Source: Lepidodermella squamata
Lineage: Eukaryota; Animalia; Gastrotricha
Assembly: GCA_047495785.1 (NCBI GenBank)
Contig: JBLDXI010000030.1
Coordinates: 1,443,572 to 1,507,571 of the forward strand
Direction of reading: 5' to 3'
Length of the DNA: 64,000 nt
Shown here: one piece after another, positions 48,523 through 57,933 of the stretch
How positions within the stretch are numbered: position 1 is the first letter of the stretch
How the letters are laid out: each line of letters opens with the position of its first letter
The notes under the pieces: generated by a model
Told to the model about the DNA's origin: nothing
Databases searched by the model: none
Seen by the model: only the letters and a program-made list of their open reading frames with translations
Position numbers and translations under genes: made by a program

Positions 48523-49692
48523 ATGGCATCCCTTATAATTTTGCTTTTGGTGGTTGAGCTGGCGTCTGTAGAAGCCGCGTCATCAGCAGCTGGGAAGTTT
48601 GAGGCGAGATTCGCTGAATCCTGTCCAGCAGTTCTGTCAAAAAGTCTACCGATGGATCAAGCGGTTTACACCAACAACAGCCGTCCGATTGTCGTGAATA
48701 TCAAAATGCTTCTCCATCATTTCGTCGGTATCGATGACGTGGAGCAAAAGCTGTCTCTTCTTGCGCAGCTGTCTATGCATTGGGCGTTGCCATGCGAAAC
48801 TCCGGATTGCACAGATTTATTACCTGAACCAGAGTGCAATATGCCCTACCGTGATGACTTATATTTCAAGGTTCCCGCTTTGGATATATGGACGCCGGAG
48901 ATCTATCATTTTACAGCATTTCATTCGCCTTTTTTTGGTCGCAGAAACATTGATCAGGTCTGGATCTATCCATTTTATCCACGTGAAGTAAATTATATCG
49001 TGTTTGACCGGTTCGATGTTTCCTGCACAGATTTCAGTTACAGAAAATTCCCGTTCGACACCCAAGCCTGCTCTTTAGTTTTCGAATCAGCTGATGCTAA
49101 CAGGGACGTGGCGCTGTACCTTCAAAAATTTGAAATCGACACAGCTGCGCGCAACTCCTTCATCGTGGACACGGATATATGGTCTCTTGTGGAGCCCCTT
49201 GAGAATGTCAGCAAACCATCCTCGCATGGAAGCGGCACGTTCGTTGTTGACCAAGTAAATTTGACAATGAGATTCCGGCGGAAAAGTGGCTACTACGTCT
49301 GTAACATTTTCGTCCCAACCATCACACTTTTTGTTCTTCAAGTGGTTTCTTTGATTGCCGAGTCTGTAAATAGAGATCAATCAGCGTTTTGCGTGACTGT
49401 CGTGCTTTCCTATGTGGTATTTCTCACCTTGATTTTCGGCATGATTCCGACAACTTCAGACCATGTATACCTTGTGTACATGGTCGCAGCTAAATTTATC
49501 GTGGCAGTCATGATCACGGCTTACACTTGTTTGAGTCCTAGTATTTCTCAGTCTCTAAAATCTCGTGTTGTCGAGTTACACAAATCGCTGACTATACCAA
49601 TGCATCGGTTTATGGACCTGGGGATTGTTGGAGCGGCAGGCCTTATTGTAATCATTATTGATGCTGTTCTTTTCTCCCTCATGCTATCTTGA
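48523..49692 (+). CDS. Divergent Cys-loop pLGIC subunit 4, intronless (paralog of 35430)
   Basis: HFVGIDDVEQ, IWTPEI, identical loop CTDFSYRKFPFDTQAC, four TMs. Confidence 0.9.
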   Translation: MASLIILLLVVELASVEAASSAAGKFEARFAESCPAVLSKSLPMDQAVYTNNSRPIVVNIKMLLHHFVGIDDVEQKLSLLAQLSMHWALPCETPDCTDLLPEPECNMPYRDDLYFKVPALDIWTPEIYHFTAFHSPFFGRRNIDQVWIYPFYPREVNYIVFDRFDVSCTDFSYRKFPFDTQACSLVFESADANRDVALYLQKFEIDTAARNSFIVDTDIWSLVEPLENVSKPSSHGSGTFVVDQVNLTMRFRRKSGYYVCNIFVPTITLFVLQVVSLIAESVNRDQSAFCVTVVLSYVVFLTLIFGMIPTTSDHVYLVYMVAAKFIVAVMITAYTCLSPSISQSLKSRVVELHKSLTIPMHRFMDLGIVGAAGLIVIIIDAVLFSLMLS

Positions 49693-49863
49693 AGTCTTAA
49701 ATGTTCATCCCAATTTCTAATTTTCAGTCATTTTTATCACTAAGCTTTCAATCACTCACGTGGCGCCAGTGCCCCATGGTTGGTATAATTTATTTAATGT
49801 GAGCGACTAGGTATCTATTAAATAAAGTACCTGAGGAAATTTAAGTTGTGTATGTCCTTTTAG

Positions 49864-50188
49864 GCAAAAGAAAATCGAGTTATTCAAGGCTGCTTTCGTA
49901 GTGCAGGGAAAGCAACCACGTATCCAAACTCGAGGATCTTATTTCGTTGTTCTATTGACAGGAACATTTCATGGTATCACCATAGTCGAGAAGGAATGCA
50001 TGCCAGTCACACCTGAGGCTTATAACGGGTGTAAGACGCGGGCCACTGTAACCATCCCGATCCTCGATTGCAAATGCAACGATCGAGATTGTTGCAACAG
50101 CTCCCCAAAGGCGAATTCTGCTGTTTCAGCGCTCATACTCGCATTTATCTGGTTTTTGTTAGAGATTTTGATCAGTGATCAAGCTTGA
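49864..50188 (+). CDS. Ly6/three-finger (LU) GPI-anchored protein, 3' exons only
   Basis: C...GC...CKCNDRDCCN followed by small residues and a hydrophobic tail. The 5' exons were not located. Confidence 0.6.
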
Positions 50189-50461
50189 TATTTGAACCAT
50201 ATATCCGAGCTGTAACCTTCCTGTTCTGTTATGCGTTTATTTTTTGCTCGTTACAGTAATTTTTGGCAAAGAACAAAGAAGAAGCGTGTCTTCTTTCAAA
50301 CAGCACACATGTCAACAAATAAACGTAGAGTAAAAATACTTTATTCAACAGCTTGTTTATGACCTCTTTGTTCTCAGTTAAGCACAGCACTCGTAACATA
50401 CAACATACAATGCCCGGCACGCATGAAAGCACTGGAATTGGCTCGTTATTGTAACAATGAA

Positions 50462-51346
50462 TCACCACCACGTTTTTGGATAAGTCCTCTTCATTACTAA
50501 ATTATTGAAAATCCACGCGACAATGACCATAACAATGGCACCGCAAGCGATAGGGAGGACTACGAAGATGAAAGCAGTGCCGTCTCGAGGTATCGGGCTG
50601 AAAGTTGCCCCGACAAGGGCGGTCGCGCCACCCGGGGGATGCGTCGTACCAGTAAGCCGCATCGCAGCAACAGCTAAAGCCACTGATAACGGGGTGGCGA
50701 CTAACGGGTAGTCGTAGAGCGCCAATCGGACGCATATACCGAGTATCGCGCTGATAACATGCCCGCCTACAACGTTTCTCGGTTGAGCCAAGGGAGAGTC
50801 GTAAGCGTCGTAGGTTAGGACTGAAGTCGCTCCGAATGAGAAGGCAACAAATGCTAGCGGCAAGTTATCATGCGCCTTCGGGTCGTAGTACTTGTAGATC
50901 AACTCGTATTGGAACAACGCGACAACTAGCATTCCGATGAAGGAGATTAGGAAAGAAGCTAGGGCGTGGAGGAACAGGTTCTTCGCTTCCTCTGAGCTGC
51001 AGCATTCGCATTTTTTCGCCGGTGGTTTCGCGGGAGCTCGAGACGTTCCAGGGGTGACCAAAGGAATGGCTTGATTCACCGGTTCGCCAGGCTTCAGCTG
51101 AGGCTTCCCAACAAGTTTCCTGAAGTAGTTGATGAAGAAGAGCTCGACAGGATTTTGCCGTTGTTGCTTTCGTTGTGGTTTAGGTTCTTCAGCCATTTTC
51201 GACTCGAAAGCGGTGATGGTTGCGATTTCGCAGCCGTCGGCCATTTTTATACCCGGCGCTTTGTCGGAGTAGCAGCAGTGTGATGGCGGTGGTGAGAGAA
51301 AAACACTACGAGTTGGCTTGCCACCACTGTGGCGCACAGGCGGCAT
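50462..51346 (-). CDS. HPP-family integral membrane protein, intronless
   Basis: SFGATSVL, SPLAQPRNVVGGH, THPPGGATAL and C-terminal NNL...YPKTWW are HPP-family motifs. The start codon is uncertain. Confidence 0.9.
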   Translation of the reverse strand: MPPVRHSGGKPTRSVFLSPPPSHCCYSDKAPGIKMADGCEIATITAFESKMAEEPKPQRKQQRQNPVELFFINYFRKLVGKPQLKPGEPVNQAIPLVTPGTSRAPAKPPAKKCECCSSEEAKNLFLHALASFLISFIGMLVVALFQYELIYKYYDPKAHDNLPLAFVAFSFGATSVLTYDAYDSPLAQPRNVVGGHVISAILGICVRLALYDYPLVATPLSVALAVAAMRLTGTTHPPGGATALVGATFSPIPRDGTAFIFVVLPIACGAIVMVIVAWIFNNLVMKRTYPKTWW

Positions 51347-52833
51347 TTTTGAAAAAAATCGCCTATTCAATATTTTATGAGTTGTGCGTGTTAAATTATC
51401 ATTGGCGCAAACGAGATTTTACCGAAAGATCGCTATCTATAATACAGCGTTATAAGGAGCTAGGCTGAACTCACGAATTTTAATTATCTAGATAGCGATC
51501 TCAGGTCGCGAATGACGTGCGTCAGAATATGGCCACTGAAATTGAAGATTAATGCTTACATTTGTTGAGCCTTGGTGAAATTTCAAACGCGATAAACATT
51601 CTGCTATTGTAAAATAGTATATTTGTCTAATGTAAACACTACACCCAAAGCTTTGTTTTTTTTCGAATAAATAAATCGATAGATAGAACTTTGATGAGGA
51701 CTTCAAGGTATTTTCGTAAATAGCAAATTTTAAAAGCACACCCAAATTTTAAAAGCGAGATTTTCGTCCTTGAGAAATTTTCGAATTTTTGGATTCCGTC
51801 GAAAATGTTCCTATAGTTTTTCAATGCTTCAGTATTGTTATAGAGAAATCGAACAGCAATTGAGAGGTTTTTCCTATTGTCCAAGGCAAACACGAGATGA
51901 TTTTTCAGTAGAGTAATAGCAAACAACTATCTACAGGAAATTCTATGCAGATACTTGGCCACATCGCATTAATATTTAATATGAAGTTCAGTAAAAAATA
52001 CTCTTAAGTGCTATAATGTGTAAAAAAAATGAATGAACCGTCGCGTGCTGGTTTTCTATCCGAGTCATAAATAAATAAATAAAAGAGATCTGGCATTACT
52101 GTAGTACTTTTATGTGTGCCGGAATGATTCATCGTGAGTTTGTGCTCCATTAGTCGCTTGGCCAGTTTTTCACTTGTCAAGAGTACTTGAAGAAGTGCAG
52201 CAAAATGAAAGCAACTGACAAGTGATGCCGGATGGCTAGCTCAACCTCATTCATCTCAAATGACGTGTCCTTCTATCTCGACAGGAAAAATAGGGCATAG
52301 AGGTCCAGCTTTCAGGTCGCAGCTCATCAAATTTCTGGCCGATGAATGTTTTTCGGTAAAAAATTCAACATTGACCACAATAATTCTGAAAAAATTCCCG
52401 GTAAATTTAGCGTATATTTAGTGGAAAATATCCAAAATTTTCTCGCTTCGCTCGGTTATTAGCCGAAATGACTCGTCATTTTGGCAAATAAAGCAAAAAT
52501 TTTTTTTCCATCCCCAGGAGCTCGGGCATCGAAGATCGCACCCTGATGCTGTGGTTGTTATATGTGCTAGATGTTATTTCAGCATTATTTCCGATTGAAT
52601 ATTTTAAATGAAATCATTTACTTGTATTCAGTCTTGAATCTTGAATCGGAGCGACAGTTCTTCTCTATAACATCTATCATAATCGATTGCATGAATGACG
52701 CTCAGCCATTCTTCCAGTGCATCGGCCATGCTATTAAGCATTCCGCATTCAATCGAATGCAGTCGACATCGATTTCACGGGTAGTATAACCAGATGCCGC
52801 TTTTACGCCTTACGAGAAATACTATTGGGAAAC

Positions 52834-53308
52834 ATGAATCAAACAACATTATCCTCGAGTTCAAACTCGACAGAAACAACGACCAACAAACGGCCATTTT
52901 TCTACCAATTTGAAAACGTAAGCATTTCAAGCGATGAATCACTCAACAGCCACATTTTCTTTGCGTTTCCAGACCGACTTTATAGGACACTGGGAATTCT
53001 CAGGCCCTGTAATAAGCGGCACTTTGATTGTCGTATCTCTATGCATTGGCATTACAGCCTTGGTCATATGGAAGTCGAACCAAGCGGACGAGCAAAGGAG
53101 GGCAACTACGGCACAACGGACGGATACTGAAGCCAACGTGGCAATAGTACAACCTTTATTGCCAGCAATTTCTTCAACAATAACAACGGAAGATACCCAT
53201 CCGACAGAGACGACAAACTCCCCCGGGCCGAGTTGTGTTGTAGCAACGGAACAACTAAGTTCAATTAAGGAGACAATTTATAGAGGGGAAGGAACGAGCA
53301 ACGAATAA
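52834..53308 (+). CDS. Small single-pass membrane protein (2 exons)
   Basis: S/T-rich N-terminus with NxS/T sites, GT-AG intron at about 52918-52971, one TM segment, polar tail. Confidence 0.55.
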
Positions 53309-53712
53309 AGGGGAATAACAATAATCTGTCTTTTTGTAACGAGCAACGTTTCCTGGTTTAGCCTAATTCCGTTTCAAGCCTAAGCAGCAATTACTTACTC
53401 ATACACAAGCAGCGTATAAATCATTCACGCCAGGTTAACGTGTAGGCCTGAGCCAAATTCGTGAAACAATAAAGCCGCTCAGTACACGGCTATATGCGAC
53501 GTCACGAGCGTGAAAGGGAAAGCGTACTGAAACATGAGTCGATGCTGCAGCGTAAGATGAAAAAGCGACGAGTTGTGCATGAAAAAACTAAACGCAGCAA
53601 TTTGAATCAGCCTCAAAGCATAAATAACGCGAATACATGGCTGTGCCGGAGTTATTCACTCGTTGATAATTCATCCGGCAAGTCATATCCTCTTAACTTT
53701 TTGATTAACTAA

Positions 53713-54583
53713 ATGCCCGACAAAGACTTCATCACTTGTAAATCAATGGCGGCAGTTAAGCCAGCAGATAATCGGTTGTTGGGGGAACATTTGTTCCTTC
53801 GATGCGACGTGGTCCATTATTCGAATTTCAACCCGGAAGTTACATTCTGCATCACAGTTCGGCAATGTGACAGCAATGGATTGGTGATAGATCATAAAAC
53901 TTTCCCTCGGAAACTTGGTCAAACCTTTGATAGCCGAGTGAGGTAAGCCTAAGATACTAGCGTTAATCACCCCTATAACTGACTTGTCTTATAGGAAAAA
54001 TCGATTTTACGATATCGAAGTTCATTCAACTTCGAATTTTGCTGAATCACTGATCCTTGGAAGATGCTCGATAGCTCTTTCAGATTTATCTGATATTTGC
54101 TCCAAAAACGGTCTGGTCACAACTGTCCCGGTAAGTCGAACACTTTTTGCAGGTGACTCATCAGCTACAACTTCCGGTTTTTTTCAGTGCGATCTCGAGC
54201 CGAAAAATTCGGGAAAATTAACACTTCGAGTTCGCCTCTTAAAAGAGTCTACAAGCCCCCCTGCAACTAGGGCCCCTCCTGTAATAAGGCAATCAATCGT
54301 CTCGTCAACTGGGAGTTCGTCACGAAACAGCCAAAGGCTGTCTAATTTTTCGGCAGTTGAGAACGATTACGAAGCTCTGGTCAAACCTTTAATTCAGGTA
54401 TTTTTGCGAAAATTCCTCCTTAAATCTAGGATAACCTTGTATTTTGTTCTATAGATTCCCTCTTTATCCTATGAAAGTGACCACGTTGTAGTCCAACGTC
54501 CCACTTCATCAATATCAACGACATCAAGCTCTTCCGGTCAAAAACGGCGGTCTAGTTTATTCGAGAAATTGTTCAAAAAATAA
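53713..54583 (+). CDS. C2-domain-like protein (3 exons)
   Basis: IEV...ILGRCSIALSDL...L...SGKLTLRV pattern. Short introns lie near 53943-53994 and 54398-54454; Ser-rich tail ends FEKLFKK*. Confidence 0.55.
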
Positions 54584-54595
54584 TAAAAATATTAC

Positions 54596-55765
54596 TCAAG
54601 CAACAAATGTGCAGTAATCTATATAGGTACTGTTACTGGTTACATTTGTAGAGAACTGGCAATTGCCACCCATAACGCAGTCCGCAGTGAATTGCACCTC
54701 GTCATTGCGGCAAATTGACTCCATTGTCGCTGTGATGAGCACCGAAACAATGGTCATTGTTTCGAAGAAGAAACTGGCAAGACGCCATTGCCATCGTATC
54801 GCAAATTTAGGCCGAGGTTTTGCGACAGGCTTCTTACTACAACACGACTTGCCAACCTCAACCATCTCATCTTCGTCCGACATTTTATGAACTATATGCA
54901 TTACTTCATCATCCTCCTCAGACATAACAACTAGTTTTATGTCATTCGATAGGTCGATGTCCAGATTTGAAATACTTCCGCCAACCGGGTTTGAAAAAGC
55001 AGGGTCGAACTCGGTTTGAGTGGCGATTGTCGCAGATTTAGGCGGCATGTATGGGATTTCAGTGAAAAATAGATCGAAGATCTTAGAGTCGTATCTTCGA
55101 TGCGTGAAACGCTTCAACACGCCTTTGATCAACATTTGCGACAGTAGGAATAGGCAGACGAATGTGACTGTAGTCCAGCATAAGATATTAAACAGCGTCC
55201 TGTGTTGCATGTTCTCATCCAGGCTCAGCGTCCAGCGAATGTTTGTCGCAGTGTTGATGGTCATGAAGGCGAAAGTTCCGATCAAATGAAAGGCATTGCT
55301 TATGGCGATCGGGATTTTGAAGCAATAGAAGTTGCAAAATGCGATCTTACCACCCCCATCAGTGTGGAAAATCCCGATTAGAGGTAGACATAGGACTGAA
55401 ATCAAATCGAGCCAGAACAAAACCCGCTCAGTATCGTCCACGTTTTGAGTATAGGAATTGTATTGGCTTATGTAGAGAGCTGCTGAACTGCTTCCGATAA
55501 TACATGTCAGGGTTAGCAAGAACCGATGACCAGCTCGTTTCGGATCAGCACAGTGCGAGCTGATCGTGTCATACAGCCCTTCTTTATCTTTGAAAATCAG
55601 ATAAAGCGTTGCGTAGATGAAGTAAGGCAGCATGAATGTGAGGATGAGGATCATGAGGATGTAGAGAAACACGGTGACGAATGGTGTAAAGTGCTCCGGT
55701 CGTGGAGGGGGAGCGATTGGATGGTCGCCAAAGAGAAAATCCGTGTCATTGCTGAATTCTGACAT
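54596..55765 (-). CDS. Six-TM membrane protein, possibly Frag1/DRAM/Sfk1-like, intronless
   Basis: 389-aa ORF with six hydrophobic segments, TIS after TM1, FHLIG in TM4, FFE in the last TM. The family call is tentative. Confidence 0.65.
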   Translation of the reverse strand: MSEFSNDTDFLFGDHPIAPPPRPEHFTPFVTVFLYILMILILTFMLPYFIYATLYLIFKDKEGLYDTISSHCADPKRAGHRFLLTLTCIIGSSSAALYISQYNSYTQNVDDTERVLFWLDLISVLCLPLIGIFHTDGGGKIAFCNFYCFKIPIAISNAFHLIGTFAFMTINTATNIRWTLSLDENMQHRTLFNILCWTTVTFVCLFLLSQMLIKGVLKRFTHRRYDSKIFDLFFTEIPYMPPKSATIATQTEFDPAFSNPVGGSISNLDIDLSNDIKLVVMSEEDDEVMHIVHKMSDEDEMVEVGKSCCSKKPVAKPRPKFAIRWQWRLASFFFETMTIVSVLITATMESICRNDEVQFTADCVMGGNCQFSTNVTSNSTYIDYCTFVA

Positions 55766-56352
55766 GATGTTAGCGAGGTGTGGCAGTGTTTGAAAGACTT
55801 GTTTTCTAAAAAAGCTACCGATGCGCGTTTTTTAGCCTTATCATAGAACAAACATTCTTTTATCACAGGAAGAGATATTGCTTAAAGAGATAGCGCCATT
55901 GCGGCTTTTTTTATCGAGAAAATTCTAAATTTCCATTTTTTAGGTTAATTTTTTCATAAAATTCATTTTTTTTCTTCGCCATGGTAGAAATCTTATTATT
56001 CAACTTGTTTGCTATTAGGAAAATTCATTTGAAATTTATATAAAATTATTCATGCCTTAAAGTTGAAAATGAATCATCTTATTTTTTTTTATGAATTTCG
56101 AAAAATTGGTGATAGATACACCAATTTCTATGCCTATTTCAAACTAAATAACGCAAATTTATTTGGATACGTAACTTATCTCTGCGTGACTCTTTAAACC
56201 AGACATCGTGTGACTCGAATTTATCTGAGGGCAAGAAGATACCCCCTTACTTCTTATCAGCAGGCAACTACGCAGTGCGCATTGCTTACTTAGATGATAA
56301 CAACTGGTACGGAGCGGCCCGAAATTTACCAAGTGTTCTTATTTTACCCAAA

Positions 56353-56538
56353 ATGTGGTTCATTCTTCTTACCCTACTAATCGCCATCGCGTATTACGCG
56401 AGGCCGAGGAAACCTGTGAAGTTAAATGGCCTCTACACGCAACCCATCGGATTGTGGTACCATGTCAAACGAATCGCCCTAACAGCGATTCTATGTGTGG
56501 TCAAAATCACGAGAAAACCAGTCCCTTCTCAAATCTAA
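56353..56538 (+). pseudogene. Truncated 5' duplicate of the central gene, fused to antisense spacer sequence
   Basis: Identical to the minus-strand copy up to ...CVVKI, then diverges at the palindrome junction and stops. Confidence 0.85.
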
Positions 56539-57346
56539 CATTCATATGGTAGAACCCATTCGTCGTCAAAGCAGATGCCGTTTTGCTGAACGTACTCAAA
56601 ATTCCATTCAGGGTTAGTTCAAGGCGTTTGTTCTCAATATCAACAAAACCACGAGCTTCTCCATTGATCTCGAAATTTGATGAGCTTAGAAACCCAGCCA
56701 TTAGACTGAACGAACCCTCCTCAGTAGCTAAAGTGCTTGCTAGAAGGCCTGGGTCGTAGTCGGTCGACATAGAAGCAGGGTCAGTGAGGGCTCTGAACCA
56801 TAGCCTTAGATTCACTTCGATGAATGTCCCGCTGCTCGAGTCCTTCATCAAACCAGTGTAGAGAACTCTGTAGGTTTGAGGTGTGTCTATAGCTCTGATA
56901 CGAATTCCACCAGCCGCGATGTAGCCAGGGTCTGTTTCCTCGCCGAAAGGCGTCTCATCAACAACCATACCCCCAGGATGGACAAGATCTCGACCATCAG
57001 CGGTATGAACCACTAGACTCACCTCGACCCTAGAACCAGAATGGCGACGCATAAACACGGAGACAACATTGCCATTCTTATCGGCGGCTTTGATCGAAAA
57101 CGTGTTCATTTGGTTGTGCTTGAGTTTCGTAGGCAATTTAAGCTGGTCAACCTCCGCCGATAGGTTCTGCCGCCTTGAGTATTTTCTCGCGATTTTGACC
57201 ACACATAGAATCGCTGTTAGGGCGATTCGTTTGACATGGTACCACAATCCGATGGGTTGCGTGTAGAGGCCATTTAACTTCACAGGTTTCCTCGGCCTCG
57301 CGTAATACGCGATGGCGATTAGTAGGGTAAGAAGAATGAACCACAT
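56507..57346 (-). CDS. Membrane-anchored hypothetical protein; first exon, probably 3'-truncated by the palindrome junction
   Basis: N-terminal TM, GLYTQPIGLWYHVK motif, and an open frame through the spacer. A possible donor AAT|GTTAGA lies just before the junction, with no downstream exon available. Confidence 0.65.
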   Translation of the reverse strand: MWFILLTLLIAIAYYARPRKPVKLNGLYTQPIGLWYHVKRIALTAILCVVKIARKYSRRQNLSAEVDQLKLPTKLKHNQMNTFSIKAADKNGNVVSVFMRRHSGSRVEVSLVVHTADGRDLVHPGGMVVDETPFGEETDPGYIAAGGIRIRAIDTPQTYRVLYTGLMKDSSSGTFIEVNLRLWFRALTDPASMSTDYDPGLLASTLATEEGSFSLMAGFLSSSNFEINGEARGFVDIENKRLELTLNGILSTFSKTASALTTNGFYHMNVRFEKGLVFS

Positions 57347-57933
57347 TTTGGGTAAAATAAGAACACTTGGTAAATTTCGGGCCGCTCCGTACCAGTTGTT
57401 ATCATCTAAGTAAGCAATGCGCACTGCGTAGTTGCCTGCTGATAAGAAGTAAGGGGGTATCTTCTTGCCCTCAGATAAATTCGAGTCACACGATGTCTGG
57501 TTTAAAGAGTCACGCAGAGATAAGTTACGTATCCAAATAAATTTGCGTTATTTAGTTTGAAATAGGCATAGAAATTGGTGTATCTATCACCAATTTTTCG
57601 AAATTCATAAAAAAAAATAAGATGATTCATTTTCAACTTTAAGGCATGAATAATTTTATATAAATTTCAAATGAATTTTCCTAATAGCAAACAAGTTGAA
57701 TAATAAGATTTCTACCATGGCGAAGAAAAAAAATGAATTTTATGAAAAAATTAACCTAAAAAATGGAAATTTAGAATTTTCTCGATAAAAAAAGCCGCAA
57801 TGGCGCTATCTCTTTAAGCAATATCTCTTCCTGTGATAAAAGAATGTTTGTTCTATGATAAGGCTAAAAAACGCGCATCGGTAGCTTTTTTAGAAAACAA
57901 GTCTTTCAAACACTGCCACACCTCGCTAACATC

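Larger units (their letters stand above)
49699..56508 (+). repeat. Left arm of giant inverted duplication (6810 bp visible)
   Basis: ORFs in this arm have identical-translation mirrors with coordinate sum 113699. The last 40 nt of the window reverse-complement to 49699-49738. Confidence 0.97.

Noticed and set aside
9456-51346. Bacterial or algal contamination as the source of SABATH and HPP genes
   Set aside because: They are interspersed with metazoan genes, have similar composition, and one has a spliceosomal intron. A chimeric assembly is not formally excluded.
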